Positions 1 through 10,191 of a DNA stretch of 64,000 nucleotides are shown in pieces. Numbering within the stretch: the stretch's first letter is position 1; every line of letters begins with the position of its first letter. The position numbers were made by a program, and so were the translations under genes. Source of the stretch: a virus; the IMG/VR virus record IMGVR_UViG_3300034073_004910, positions 1 through 64,000 of that record, one strand, 5' to 3'. The notes beneath the pieces were generated by a model. It made no database searches, had not been told where the DNA came from, and saw nothing but the letters and a program-made list of their open reading frames with translations.

Positions 1-991
1 ACCCGCCATGAGCTAATACTCGATGAATTTCGCTCATAATTTTTTGTTTATCGTAAAGATGTTCAATAATGTGCGAGGCGTTAAGTACTCCGACACTGTT
101 GTCTTCTAGTGGAATTCCTTCGTTTAAATTTGCGATTATATCTGCATCCTGCTGATCAATTGTTAGACACCCCGGTTTTGCACTAATTCCTCCGCCTATA
201 TCAACTACCAACAGATTTTTATTTTGAGCATCTTTTACTGCCAAATCCCAGGCATATTTGTAAAATAACTCTACTGTTGTTTTTTGAATTTGTTGATTTC
301 GTTCTAGCCAGGTGTTGTTTCCAGTAATGCGATAAATATACAAAACTTCATCAATATAATGCATTTTTGTACGTAGATAAGTTCGAATCAACAGCTCATG
401 ATCGTCACAAATTGAAAGCTCAGAATTGTGACCTCCGATTTCTTGATAGACGCTTTTACGCCAGCTTCGAACATGATCAGGTGCGTACCAAATTAATCGC
501 ATCGAATGGCTACTTGGTGGAAAAGAGTTCATTGCATATAAACTCTGCCCTTTCCAGTCAAGCATGGTATAAGTCCAACCATGTGCCGGATTAAAAGGAA
601 CAAATTTATTTTGCATGTGAAGTACGGCATTTTTACTATAAACAAACCCTACTTCTTCATTTTGATACGCTTCGTTTAGCTTTTGCAAGCAATTCGGTGT
701 AATCAGATCATCATGATCAACTTCCACCAAAATATCGCCGGAACCTTCAGAAAAAGCAAAATTTTTAATTGCTCCTACTCGATTCTCATTACCAGCAAGA
801 ATAAAGATGCTCACTTTAGAGTTTTGTCGAATAATTTCTGGAATATCCTCTAAAGTACAGTTTCCATTTACATATAGAACCCACTCCCAGTTCGTATAAG
901 TCTGTGCTAAAATACTTTCATATAATTCTAGCAAAAAAGGAATATTTTTGGAATCATGCTCTGGAGTAATAATACTAAATTTATAATTCAT
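1..991 (-). CDS. Glycosyltransferase family 2 fused to a class I SAM-dependent methyltransferase (3' end runs off the window)
   Basis: Translated by hand (not in the ORF track). Starts MNYKFSIITPEHD..LYESILAQTYTNWEWVL with a GT-A DxD motif (VEVDHDD). The C-terminal part reads VVDIGGG..IPLEDNSVGVLNASHIIEHL..EIHRVLAHGG, typical of Methyltransf_11-like domains. Confidence 0.8.
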   Translation of the reverse strand, partial: MNYKFSIITPEHDSKNIPFLLELYESILAQTYTNWEWVLYVNGNCTLEDIPEIIRQNSKVSIFILAGNENRVGAIKNFAFSEGSGDILVEVDHDDLITPNCLQKLNEAYQNEEVGFVYSKNAVLHMQNKFVPFNPAHGWTYTMLDWKGQSLYAMNSFPPSSHSMRLIWYAPDHVRSWRKSVYQEIGGHNSELSICDDHELLIRTYLRTKMHYIDEVLYIYRITGNNTWLERNQQIQKTTVELFYKYAWDLAVKDAQNKNLLVVDIGGGISAKPGCLTIDQQDADIIANLNEGIPLEDNSVGVLNASHIIEHLYDKQKIMSEIHRVLAHGG

Positions 992-993
992 AA

Positions 994-1566
994 TTAATCA
1001 AAAAAGAAAAGATGAGTAAGACGACCTGTTGAAAGTGAGTCCCCAAAATAGGGGCCAGCCGAGTGAATGCACTGTGCGCTCATAATAATTAAACGATTGT
1101 AAACGTTTCCTACGCTATCTACGGTTTCAAACTTTGTAGAGTCATAAAATCCTCCAGAAAAAGTTTTTTTCATGATTTCTGAATCGTCCGTGCTTTCTCG
1201 AACTCCAGTGGTTCGAGAGGAGTAAAATCTAGTTCCGCTTTCAAAAGGCGCATTTGGAGTTAAATAAATAATTGCTGCCCACTTTTGAAAGTCACAATGG
1301 TAGACTTGAAAGTCTTCAGCAGTCATAAGCTGAAAAACGCCGTTTGCTTGGTAGTTCCAGTTTGTTATTGGCTCTCCTAGTATTTTTTCAAACTCGGTTT
1401 TTATACTATCTGGGCGGAAAACTTCAGTACTTCGTAGTCCTTTATAGTACCGGATATCGCTTTTGTACTGTTGTTGAAGAGCAGTATTTCGAATTTCATT
1501 CGGGTACTCATAGAAGTTGTCTACAACGAAAAGTCTTTTTCTCATTTTTGTACTTGCATTGAACAT
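994..1566 (-). CDS. 2OG-Fe(II) oxygenase-like protein (DUF6445-like)
   Basis: VVDNFY..P; HxD (YHCD); WAAIIYLTP..SGTRFY; YNRLI...HSA. Start moved to the Met next to the upstream stop. Confidence 0.65.
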   Translation of the reverse strand: MFNASTKMRKRLFVVDNFYEYPNEIRNTALQQQYKSDIRYYKGLRSTEVFRPDSIKTEFEKILGEPITNWNYQANGVFQLMTAEDFQVYHCDFQKWAAIIYLTPNAPFESGTRFYSSRTTGVRESTDDSEIMKKTFSGGFYDSTKFETVDSVGNVYNRLIIMSAQCIHSAGPYFGDSLSTGRLTHLFFFD

Positions 1567-1567
1567 T

Positions 1568-1978
1568 TCAATATTTCTCCGTATAAAATTGAAAGTCTCC
1601 AATTTTCTCAACATAGTTTTTACTAGGAAAAGCGTCCCATTTATGACTATGAAAATAAAGCGTATCTCCTGGAAGTGAAACCACCTGCATAGGGTGTATT
1701 CTCAATATAAGTCGAGCAATACTACGAGACTGATCCCAGCTTTTTGCTTCCTTTGGATCGTCCGGTCGGCCATCACAATACCACTTAAACTGGCATTTAT
1801 TTTTTAAAGGAAAGTTAAATATGTGCGGTCCGTCTTGGACGACCGCACATACTGTGTTTGGGAAATTTTCGTGGTCTGTTCGATTCATTACTACTTGCGC
1901 GATTGCAATCTGTGTTTCCACAGGCTGATTTCGAGCTTCCCAATAAACTGTCAGTGCCAAGCAAATTTCCGCAAACAT
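1568..1978 (-). CDS. SleB/CwlJ-like cell wall hydrolase (Hydrolase_2)
   Basis: CLALTVYWEARNQ..AQVVMNR...FPNTVCAVV..CQFKWYCDG motif. Confidence 0.85.
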   Translation of the reverse strand: MFAEICLALTVYWEARNQPVETQIAIAQVVMNRTDHENFPNTVCAVVQDGPHIFNFPLKNKCQFKWYCDGRPDDPKEAKSWDQSRSIARLILRIHPMQVVSLPGDTLYFHSHKWDAFPSKNYVEKIGDFQFYTEKY

Positions 1979-2937
1979 TACTTAAAGATATCTTGCCAAT
2001 TGCCTGTAGTACTTGCTCGAGCGTATTCGGTCGAGCGATTTTCAAAGAAATTGGTATGCTCTACAGCGTTTAACATAAAGTCCAGCCAAGGAAGCGGGTT
2101 TTCTCGGCTATGAAAGATTTTTTTCATGCCAAGACCAAGCAGTCTTCGATCTGCAATATATCGAATATACTCTTTCACTTCATTCGCCGTAAGTTCTGGA
2201 ACTTTACAGTTTTCAAATACTGTATCAATAAATGCATCCTCTAGCTCTACGACTCGCTCTGCCGCACAGTAGATTTCGTACTTAAGCTTATCGTTCCAAA
2301 TCTCTGGGTACTCTCGAACAAACTCTCTAAACAGTCGGCTAAGCCCTTCCACATGAAGCGTTTCGTCTCGAACAGACCATGTAATAATCTGTCCCATACC
2401 TTTCATTAGATTGTGGCGAGGATAGTTCAACAAAATTGCAAAACTACTAAAAAGCTGAACACCCTCTGTAAATCCGCTGTAAACTGCCATAGTCTTGGCA
2501 ATATTCATCGGATCGTCCATACTGAAGTTTGAAAGATACTCATGCTTGTCTGCCATCGCTTTGATGTTTGCAAACATTTGAAATTCGCTTTCATCAAACT
2601 CAAGCGTATCCACTAGCAATGCATAAGCTTCTTGGTGCACAGCTTCCATTGCAGCAAAAGATGCAAGCATCATTCTTACCTCCGGCTTTTTGAAGGTCGG
2701 AAGGTAGTGCTTAGCATAACCACAGCATACATCTACGTCAGCCTGAGTAAAAAAGCGAAAAATTTGAGACAACAGCTTTTTATTGTCTGGATCAAGCTTT
2801 GTACGAAAATCTTTAAGATCATCGGCCAGCGGAACCTCGTCCGGAAGCCAGTGCATGTGTTGTTGAGTTTTATAATACTCAAATGCCCAGGGGTATTCAA
2901 ACGGCTTATAATAATTTCTTTCTTCAAGTAGACTCAT
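1978..2937 (-). CDS. nrdB: Ribonucleotide reductase class Ia beta subunit
   Basis: YKPFEYPWA, FFTQADVDV, EAVHQEAY, WSVRDETLH, NFFE di-iron motifs. Confidence 0.95.
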   Translation of the reverse strand: MSLLEERNYYKPFEYPWAFEYYKTQQHMHWLPDEVPLADDLKDFRTKLDPDNKKLLSQIFRFFTQADVDVCCGYAKHYLPTFKKPEVRMMLASFAAMEAVHQEAYALLVDTLEFDESEFQMFANIKAMADKHEYLSNFSMDDPMNIAKTMAVYSGFTEGVQLFSSFAILLNYPRHNLMKGMGQIITWSVRDETLHVEGLSRLFREFVREYPEIWNDKLKYEIYCAAERVVELEDAFIDTVFENCKVPELTANEVKEYIRYIADRRLLGLGMKKIFHSRENPLPWLDFMLNAVEHTNFFENRSTEYARASTTGNWQDIFK

Positions 2938-3002
2938 ATTTTTCTCCTACTACTAAATAGTTGCCAAAGTATAAGATTTGGCACCTGTGTATTTTATTAA
3001 TT

Positions 3003-3623
3003 TTATTTATCTAGTTTTTCCAGTTTTATTATTGAGTGCATTTTACTGCCTAGATTATTTCTACTCATATATTTTAGGGTTCCATAAGGAATATTCTTTT
3101 TTATGGATATTTCTTTCATATATAAAAAATCTTCTGTAGTGCCGTTTGTGTAGTGCACTCGCACTGGGCTAGCAGTATGATTTTTCCAAGGCTCTTTAGT
3201 CATTGGATTATTTTGCCTCATTCTTATAGAAAGTTGTTCTCTTTCTTCCTGAGGGGTTTCACGTGCTGTTAACTCACCAGAAGCAAACTTTTTTTTGCGT
3301 GTTTCTGCCATTTTTATTCGAGAATCAGCATTAAACATAGGATTAATGCTTAACATTCTGGCACGGTGGTGCTCTTTGTCCCCGTGCTGTATAAGCATCA
3401 TTCTATACGCGTAAAGTATTTTTATGTTTTCTGGAAATATTTTAACCAATAAATGATGAGCTAATAAATGTTCTCTATAGGTTAATTTTACTAAATTAAA
3501 GCTCTCATTTTCCCCGCCCATACATCTGGGAATTATATGGTGAATTTCATACCCATTTTCTCGTGCAAGGTTTCTTGAACTGCGAGAGTCTACTAGCGAT
3601 ATGTAGATATTAGTATAATTCAT
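3003..3623 (-). CDS. Free-standing HNH homing endonuclease (MobE-like position)
   Basis: YEIHHIIPRCMGG...NLVKLTYREHLLAH; AT-rich; sits between nrdA and nrdB with its own promoter-like sequence at ~3645-3673. Confidence 0.85.
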   Translation of the reverse strand: MNYTNIYISLVDSRSSRNLARENGYEIHHIIPRCMGGENESFNLVKLTYREHLLAHHLLVKIFPENIKILYAYRMMLIQHGDKEHHRARMLSINPMFNADSRIKMAETRKKKFASGELTARETPQEEREQLSIRMRQNNPMTKEPWKNHTASPVRVHYTNGTTEDFLYMKEISIKKNIPYGTLKYMSRNNLGSKMHSIIKLEKLDK

Positions 3624-3688
3624 ATTAAAATCCTCCTATAGAATTATAATACCAAAATTAACCCTCGCAGTCAAGAATTATTTTTTAC

Positions 3689-5464
3689 CTACCCTTCACA
3701 TGCTATACAATTTCCTTCGTCAAGACTATCAAAAATCATTTGCCTTAATGCTTCATCCGATACAGTTTCAGCGCGCTTGTATGCTTCGCTGCGGCAGTAA
3801 TACAGTGTTTTAACTCCGCGTTTCCAAGCCATCATATGTACTGCATGTAGCTCTTGTTTCGATACGTTTGCAGGAAAAAACAAATTCAACGATTGAGACT
3901 GGCAAATAAATTCTTGTCGATCTCCTGCCAAATCCACTACCCATCGCTGATCAATTTCAACTGCTGTTTTGAACACGCTCTTGGTGTACTCGTCGAGAAA
4001 ATCCAAATGCTGAACGCTACCATTATTGGTTACGATTGATTTCCAAACTTCGTCCGTATTTTGTCCAAGCTCTTCGAGAATAAACTCGAGATATTCGTTT
4101 TTAAGTAACGAGGTGCCTGACTTAGTTTTCTGACTAAACGCATTAGCCCGATAAGGCTCAATAGAAGGACTAGTATTACCGCAAATAATGCTGCTACTAG
4201 CGTTAGGAGCAATAGCGAGCAAATGAGCATTACGCATCCCCGAAGATTCTCCGTCGGGACAAGGTCCTCGAGATACTGCAAGACGTTTAGACTCCTCCAC
4301 GGCTTTGGCCTTGATATGACGGAACATACGAAGGTTGATAGACTTTGCCATTGCGCTTTCAAATGGAATATTATGTCTTTGTAAGTAAGCATGAAAACCC
4401 ATTCCTCCTAATCCAATGCTGCGCTCTCTCATTGCGCTGTATTTTGCTCTTGCCAACTGCGGCGGGGCCTGTTCAATAAAGTAAGTCAACACGTTGTCCA
4501 ACATTCGCACTAAATCTGCAATAAAGTGCGGATGATCTTTCCACTCGTCAAATTCTTCCAAATTTACACTTGAAAGACAGCAAACTGCTGTACGCTCGGC
4601 GTTCGTCGGAAGCGTAATTTCACTACACAAATTTGAGTGATGTACACGCAATCCAAGCTTCTTTTGAAATTCTGGCAGTGCATCGTTTACCGTATCTTCA
4701 AACATGATGTACGGCTCGCCAGTCTCAACTCGATTTTGAATGAGCTTGACCCAAAGTGCTTTTGCAGATACAATCTTTTTAACTTCGTTGCTGTGAGGAT
4801 CAATCAATGCCCAGTTATCATCGTAGCCTGGAGTGAGCGTTGCATTTTCAATAATTTGCATGAAACTGTTAGGAATTACAACTGCATGATGCAAATTTGT
4901 AGATTTGCGGTTAATATCTCCACCTGTCGGTTTTCGCATATCAAGAAACTCTTCAATTTCAGGATGCGACATATGAAGGTATGCAGCATAGCTACCACGA
5001 CGAGTAACACCTTGAGAAAATGCCAGCATTTCGGCATCTACGACTTTCATAAACGGAATGACTCCAGTCGACTCGCTGCCGTTTGACGTTTTTGAGCCTA
5101 CGCTTCGCACCGACGACCAATTTCCGCCGACCCCGCCACCGACTGAAGACAGCCACGCGTTCTCGGTATAATGTTCTGTGATACCTTCTCGGCTATCAGG
5201 CACATGATTTAAAAAACAAGAGATTGGCAGTCCTCGAGAGCTGCCTCCATTTGACAATATTGGAGTACTATACATAAACCACAGTTTAGATGCATAGTCA
5301 TACAATCGTTGCGCGTGCTCTTCGTCATCTGCAAACGACATTGCAGCTCGAGCAAAAGCTTCTTGAGGGCCTTTTTCGTTCGGAAGAAGATAACGATCTT
5401 CTAACGTCTTTTTTCCAAATTCTGAAAGTAGTCGGTCCCGCCCATTATTAATCTGTAGTGGCAT
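3689..5464 (-). CDS. nrdA: Ribonucleotide reductase class Ia alpha subunit
   Basis: STPILSN, ISCFL, SNLCSEI (catalytic Cys), IAPNASSS, KTLYYCR, C-terminal CIACEG. Confidence 0.95.
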   Translation of the reverse strand: MPLQINNGRDRLLSEFGKKTLEDRYLLPNEKGPQEAFARAAMSFADDEEHAQRLYDYASKLWFMYSTPILSNGGSSRGLPISCFLNHVPDSREGITEHYTENAWLSSVGGGVGGNWSSVRSVGSKTSNGSESTGVIPFMKVVDAEMLAFSQGVTRRGSYAAYLHMSHPEIEEFLDMRKPTGGDINRKSTNLHHAVVIPNSFMQIIENATLTPGYDDNWALIDPHSNEVKKIVSAKALWVKLIQNRVETGEPYIMFEDTVNDALPEFQKKLGLRVHHSNLCSEITLPTNAERTAVCCLSSVNLEEFDEWKDHPHFIADLVRMLDNVLTYFIEQAPPQLARAKYSAMRERSIGLGGMGFHAYLQRHNIPFESAMAKSINLRMFRHIKAKAVEESKRLAVSRGPCPDGESSGMRNAHLLAIAPNASSSIICGNTSPSIEPYRANAFSQKTKSGTSLLKNEYLEFILEELGQNTDEVWKSIVTNNGSVQHLDFLDEYTKSVFKTAVEIDQRWVVDLAGDRQEFICQSQSLNLFFPANVSKQELHAVHMMAWKRGVKTLYYCRSEAYKRAETVSDEALRQMIFDSLDEGNCIACEG

Positions 5465-6296
5465 TCATGTACTCCATAACTATGTTGTCGATATTCGACA
5501 CATTTTCCGTACCTATGGCTTCATCACAAAAGGTGAGTAAATCCATTAGGTTAAGATTTAATAAAATTCTATCCGCATGTTCATTTAATGATTGAATATA
5601 CTTGTATTTGCTTGAAATAGGGCAAGCATCATATAAATCTAGTGCCGAGCCATACTGTTCAATCAATCCAGAAGCTCGCTTCGGGCCTACGCCCGGAATT
5701 CCAAGAATATTATCGCCAGGGTCGCCTACGAGAGCTTTCCAAGACACATAATTTTCAATAGAAACATCATAAGGCCACTGTGAGGTTGATACTTCCTTAC
5801 GCGTGACATATGAAAATCTTGATACCTTATCAGAGATTAAACAATCCCAGTCTTTATCTGAAGAAATCAACCAAATATGGTCGATTTCATACTTGTTTGC
5901 TGTTTTGACTAGGTAGCCGGCAATATCGTCGGCCTCTACACCTTTATATCGAAGTACTGGATACTTTGTGAAATATTGGAGAGTACGCTCATACTCTTCG
6001 AAAAATTTCTCAAAAGCTTCTTTTTCTTCTTGAGTTTGCTGCTCTACTTTATCTTTGCGATTTTGCTTATACTCTGGGTACATTTCTTTTCGAAAGGAAC
6101 TACTGCCCCAGTCTGCCGCAATAATCACTTTTGAACAATCATAAGAACGCGCAAGAGATTCTACGGTTCTTACATATTCTTCTTTAAAGTCAGTTCGTCC
6201 TTGATGCTTCCATCTAAACGCTAGGTTCATTGAGTCAACAATCATTAGATTGTTGCCGCTCGGGCCGTTCATAAGAGTAGAGAAATTAGTTGCCAT
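5448..6296 (-). CDS. T5 D15-like flap endonuclease / 5'-3' exonuclease
   Basis: NLMIVDSMNLAFRW, GVEADD, LISSDKDWD, GDPGDNILGIPGVGPKRA. Confidence 0.9.
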   Translation of the reverse strand: MATNFSTLMNGPSGNNLMIVDSMNLAFRWKHQGRTDFKEEYVRTVESLARSYDCSKVIIAADWGSSSFRKEMYPEYKQNRKDKVEQQTQEEKEAFEKFFEEYERTLQYFTKYPVLRYKGVEADDIAGYLVKTANKYEIDHIWLISSDKDWDCLISDKVSRFSYVTRKEVSTSQWPYDVSIENYVSWKALVGDPGDNILGIPGVGPKRASGLIEQYGSALDLYDACPISSKYKYIQSLNEHADRILLNLNLMDLLTFCDEAIGTENVSNIDNIVMEYMNATTD

Positions 6297-6729
6297 TTAA
6301 AAATACCGGTTTTTCCATCGTTAGCCAATCTTCACTGAGCATAGTATAGCACAATAGGCTATTGATGTAAAGATAATTATTTACGTTACTTGGTTTTTGC
6401 CGAGTCGCTACAAAGATTTTGGAACGATTATACTTAAAAAATAACAAAGGTTCTTGCTTTTGATTTTCTGCTTGTAATACTATCTTCTCCCACCAGCGTA
6501 TTAAATTATTACTTTTATTAGTAAGAATTTTATCAGTCAAAGCTGATTCTTCATAAAATTTAACTTCTATACAGAAACAGTTATTACGATTGGGAACATA
6601 CAAATCACCTTTTAAGTATGAAAGAGCTCCTGACGAAGGAACTCTTTCAAAAGGCAGCCCAGTATGATTTCGCAATAAATCTCTAACTAAATATTCTCCT
6701 CTATTACCTTTATCTCTCGAATCTACCAT
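6286..6729 (-). CDS. T5 D14-like Holliday junction resolvase (PD-D/ExK)
   Basis: VDSRDKGNRGEY..RVPSSGA..KGDLY..IEVKFY; T5 synteny. Confidence 0.85.
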   Translation of the reverse strand: MVDSRDKGNRGEYLVRDLLRNHTGLPFERVPSSGALSYLKGDLYVPNRNNCFCIEVKFYEESALTDKILTNKSNNLIRWWEKIVLQAENQKQEPLLFFKYNRSKIFVATRQKPSNVNNYLYINSLLCYTMLSEDWLTMEKPVFLNGN

Positions 6730-6733
6730 GCTA

Positions 6734-8542
6734 TTAGTTTTCTAAGAACGAAATATTGTTCTTCTTGATGACATCCACTTTATTTAATAGTGGGTGCGTC
6801 CATCCGTGTGATACCAAATAAGTGTTTAAATCTTCTTCTTTAATTAGAACCTCTACTAACTTTTCTCGCCCTTGTTCGTCCAGTACATTGATAACTTCGT
6901 CTAAAAACAAAATATTTATTTTTGTCTTCGAAATACTACTCATCAACTTACGAATGGCTAGCAGAGTAGCAGTATTTACTCGAGCAAGCTCACCGCTAGA
7001 CAAAGCTAAAATATCTACGACATTTCCGTTGTCTGTTATTTCTACATTTAGCTTATCATTGTTGACTACAAATTCGATTGTAAACCGTCCGTCAGCAAGC
7101 TCAGCTAGATAGCTATTTGTAATCTCTTCTAGTTCTTTTACAAGATTTTCGATCTTGTACGCTAGCAATCCATTGGTAGAAAATGCTTTTTTCAGTACTT
7201 CAAGATTACCTAACTTACTCGCAACTTTTTCCAGTTTTGTACAAGCTTTTTCTAGATCTTCTTTAAACTTATTAGTCTGTTCTGTAATAATCTGAATTCG
7301 AGTGTTATGTTTTTCTGCTTCTTGATTTTTAGCTGCAACTACTCGAATATTTTTATTTATACTTTCAATTTCTTCTGTAAGCTCATTCAGCCTCTTTGTA
7401 AGATCGTCGGCATGTACAAACTCACTAGGAAGAGTCCTATCAACAGAACGAAGAAGATCTTCAAATTCTTTTTGTTTTCGTTGTTTTTCTTCGTACTTTT
7501 TATTGTTAAGCTCAATACTAGCAATCTCTTTCTTAATAGCTTGAATTTTATTGTTCGCACTTTCTATGATTTCTTTGCTAGCATTTATAAGCTCTAGATT
7601 TTTGCTTTCATTAATATTTTGAGCACAAGTAGGGCAGACTCCATGTAAACTTTCCATTTTAGTAATTACTTTTTGAGCTGCACTAAGATTTGCTGTAGCT
7701 TGGCCTAGCTCTTTTTGTTGCTCTTGGGCATTTTTGATTTCATATGCATCAATTGAATTAATCTTATTAATATCAATTTTTGCAAGTAAATCTTTAACTT
7801 CGTTATTTCGCTTAATTCTTTTGTTCGTACTAGAAATATTATTTAATTCTAACTTTAGTTTTTCACTTTCGCTTTCTAACTCCTTTGGAACATCCGGCAA
7901 AGAAAGAGTCGGTAAAATCTCTACATCATTTTCTAGCTTATTTTTGTTAAGCCAGTTAGTAATTGTATCTATACTTCCTTCGAGTTGCGTAGCTTCTGTA
8001 CTTAGCTCTTTTACTGCATTTTTGAATACATCAAAGTATGCTACATAATCCTCCAGCCCGAGAAGATCAATTAAAAACTTTTTACGAACAGTGTCTGTAG
8101 CTGTAAGAAACTGCAAGCTATTATTAGTGTTCTGATATACCAGTTGAGTAAAGGTTTTAAAATCAATTCCTAGAATTTCTTCTTGAATCGTTTTGAAAGT
8201 ATTTGTAGCCGTATGGCTTGAAATATCTTCTCCGTTCTTAACCAGCTTTACTTTGATGCTTGCGCCTTTTCTAGCAATATCAATAGAATAAATACTATCA
8301 TCTTTAGTCAATTCTAAAAATATTTTATACTGATCTCCTGAATAACGATTTGGCAAATCTGCCTTTTTAATACCTTTAGAGTTTTTATTGTATAAAGCTT
8401 CTTCAATAATAAGCGGAATTGACGACTTGCCTACTCCATTTGTACCTACGATTTGTGTTAGTGTATGTTCATCTAACTCTAATATGTTTTTTTCTCCGTA
8501 GGAGAAGCAGTTATCCCAAATTAACTTTTTTAGTGTAATCAT
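6734..8542 (-). CDS. T5 D13-like SbcC/Rad50 recombination ATPase
   Basis: Walker A GTNGVGKS, coiled coil with CPTC zinc hook, LSSGE signature, LFLDE. Confidence 0.92.
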   Translation of the reverse strand: MITLKKLIWDNCFSYGEKNILELDEHTLTQIVGTNGVGKSSIPLIIEEALYNKNSKGIKKADLPNRYSGDQYKIFLELTKDDSIYSIDIARKGASIKVKLVKNGEDISSHTATNTFKTIQEEILGIDFKTFTQLVYQNTNNSLQFLTATDTVRKKFLIDLLGLEDYVAYFDVFKNAVKELSTEATQLEGSIDTITNWLNKNKLENDVEILPTLSLPDVPKELESESEKLKLELNNISSTNKRIKRNNEVKDLLAKIDINKINSIDAYEIKNAQEQQKELGQATANLSAAQKVITKMESLHGVCPTCAQNINESKNLELINASKEIIESANNKIQAIKKEIASIELNNKKYEEKQRKQKEFEDLLRSVDRTLPSEFVHADDLTKRLNELTEEIESINKNIRVVAAKNQEAEKHNTRIQIITEQTNKFKEDLEKACTKLEKVASKLGNLEVLKKAFSTNGLLAYKIENLVKELEEITNSYLAELADGRFTIEFVVNNDKLNVEITDNGNVVDILALSSGELARVNTATLLAIRKLMSSISKTKINILFLDEVINVLDEQGREKLVEVLIKEEDLNTYLVSHGWTHPLLNKVDVIKKNNISFLEN

Positions 8543-9464
8543 TAAAAACGCTCACAATGCTGGCTATGTTATCTGAAGGAATTTCTAAAATATAGGATAA
8601 ATACTCTACTAGCTCTTCCTCAACACTCATATTTTTATTTAGATATAGCGATGTTTCTCGCTGTCGTTTTACTACTTTTTTATCTAATAGTTCGGTAGCT
8701 TTAACAGAAGAGAGCTGAGACAGATCTCCTTCCAGCTCATAAATCGTATGATCATATTCTGTAGAAACCATATCTTTAGGATTAGACACGGTAACTCGCA
8801 ATAATTGTGGCAATGAAAATCTTACCCAAGACCAGTCAAAGTCTTCTTCTATAATTAGCGCCCCAGTTTCTACTTTACTTCTGTGAAAAGAAGTTGTCAT
8901 GGGAGATCCTGGATAGACTATATTTTGCTGAGAGTTTGAATGAGAATGTAAATCTCCAGCAAATACAATTGGAAAGTCTGCTAATTTTTCTAAATCAATC
9001 TCTGGTTTTACATGAGGCGGAATCTCGCCACGAACATGAGTAAATAAAGGGAGACTTTTATCTATTTTACTTTCCCAGTCTTTCCCATGCAGTTCACAGT
9101 ATGGTAATATACTAAAAGTTTTATCACTGTAAATTTTATCAATAATTTTAACATTTGAATTGATAGCGCTTGTGACATTTTTTAAAGAGCTAAAAAAGGT
9201 TTTTCCTTTCTTTGTGGCTTCGTGATTGCCGTCATAAATGTAGGTAGGTACTGACACTCCTTTGATAAACTCAAAGTATAAATTTAACTCTTCTAGGGTC
9301 GGCAGCCTATCGAATAGGTCTCCTCCAATAATATGAAGATCTACTTCTTTTTCTAGTTCTGCTACTTGTCCGAAAAACTCTAAGTATCTTTTAATTGCCC
9401 AGGCAGTTGGAACATTTTTCTGCCCTAGTTTAATATGCCAATCGGCTGTAAATAATATTCTCAT
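8511..9464 (-). CDS. T5 D12-like SbcD/Mre11 nuclease
   Basis: ILFTADWHIKLGQ, GGDLFD, GNHEAT, GDLH metallophosphoesterase motifs. Confidence 0.92.
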   Translation of the reverse strand: MRILFTADWHIKLGQKNVPTAWAIKRYLEFFGQVAELEKEVDLHIIGGDLFDRLPTLEELNLYFEFIKGVSVPTYIYDGNHEATKKGKTFFSSLKNVTSAINSNVKIIDKIYSDKTFSILPYCELHGKDWESKIDKSLPLFTHVRGEIPPHVKPEIDLEKLADFPIVFAGDLHSHSNSQQNIVYPGSPMTTSFHRSKVETGALIIEEDFDWSWVRFSLPQLLRVTVSNPKDMVSTEYDHTIYELEGDLSQLSSVKATELLDKKVVKRQRETSLYLNKNMSVEEELVEYLSYILEIPSDNIASIVSVFNDYTKKVNLG

Positions 9465-9517
9465 CTAAAGTGTTGTCCATAAAAGCTGGTTTTAATTTTA
9501 TAACCTTAATATTAGGC

Positions 9518-10183
9518 TTATTTAATCCACCTGCCTGGCTCAAAATAGTTAAACCATACGCTAACATCAGGCATTAAAACGACACTTTGTGTATTTTCAC
9601 GAATAGCAGTTAAAATGAACATGCCATCTCCAGCATGTTCTAATGGAAATTTATATTTTTTAGAGTTCAATAATTTTCCTGAAATTGTTATTTGCTCTAG
9701 CCCAATGGAGCCAATTTTCAGATTATCTACTGATGCTGTGAGTCTTGTTGGCGGGTGCCTTCTTCCCGCTTCCGCATCTGTTGGAATTGCATCCCCCCTA
9801 TCCATAGACGTTATTATAATGTCAAAGTCAATGCCTTTGTCTTTTTTGATATGGTTTAAATTAGTAGTTATTTTTTTAAAATAATCTGGCTCAACTGCAT
9901 CATCGTCGTTTAAAAAACAATACATTTCACCATTATTAATTTCCATCGTATCTAATAGCCAGTTCATCGCAGCATTACATCTTTCCCAGAAATACATATG
10001 TTTGTTATTTTTCATAATATAATGATGAATCCAGTTTTTTTCGTACTTCTTGAATTCGTCATTATGTGGGAAGGTGTCATCAGTTACCACATGCCAGTTT
10101 ACATTTTTTGGTTCAAGAATACTGATCATCTTTTCAATATTCTCGACTCTATTTAATGGAGTTATCACGTTATAAATCATCAT
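9518..10183 (-). CDS. Putative GT-A (family 2-like) glycosyltransferase
   Basis: YNVITP..R, CFLNDDD, AGDGMF; lies in the sugar island. Confidence 0.6.
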   Translation of the reverse strand: MMIYNVITPLNRVENIEKMISILEPKNVNWHVVTDDTFPHNDEFKKYEKNWIHHYIMKNNKHMYFWERCNAAMNWLLDTMEINNGEMYCFLNDDDAVEPDYFKKITTNLNHIKKDKGIDFDIIITSMDRGDAIPTDAEAGRRHPPTRLTASVDNLKIGSIGLEQITISGKLLNSKKYKFPLEHAGDGMFILTAIRENTQSVVLMPDVSVWFNYFEPGRWIK

Positions 10184-10191
10184 TCCACTCT

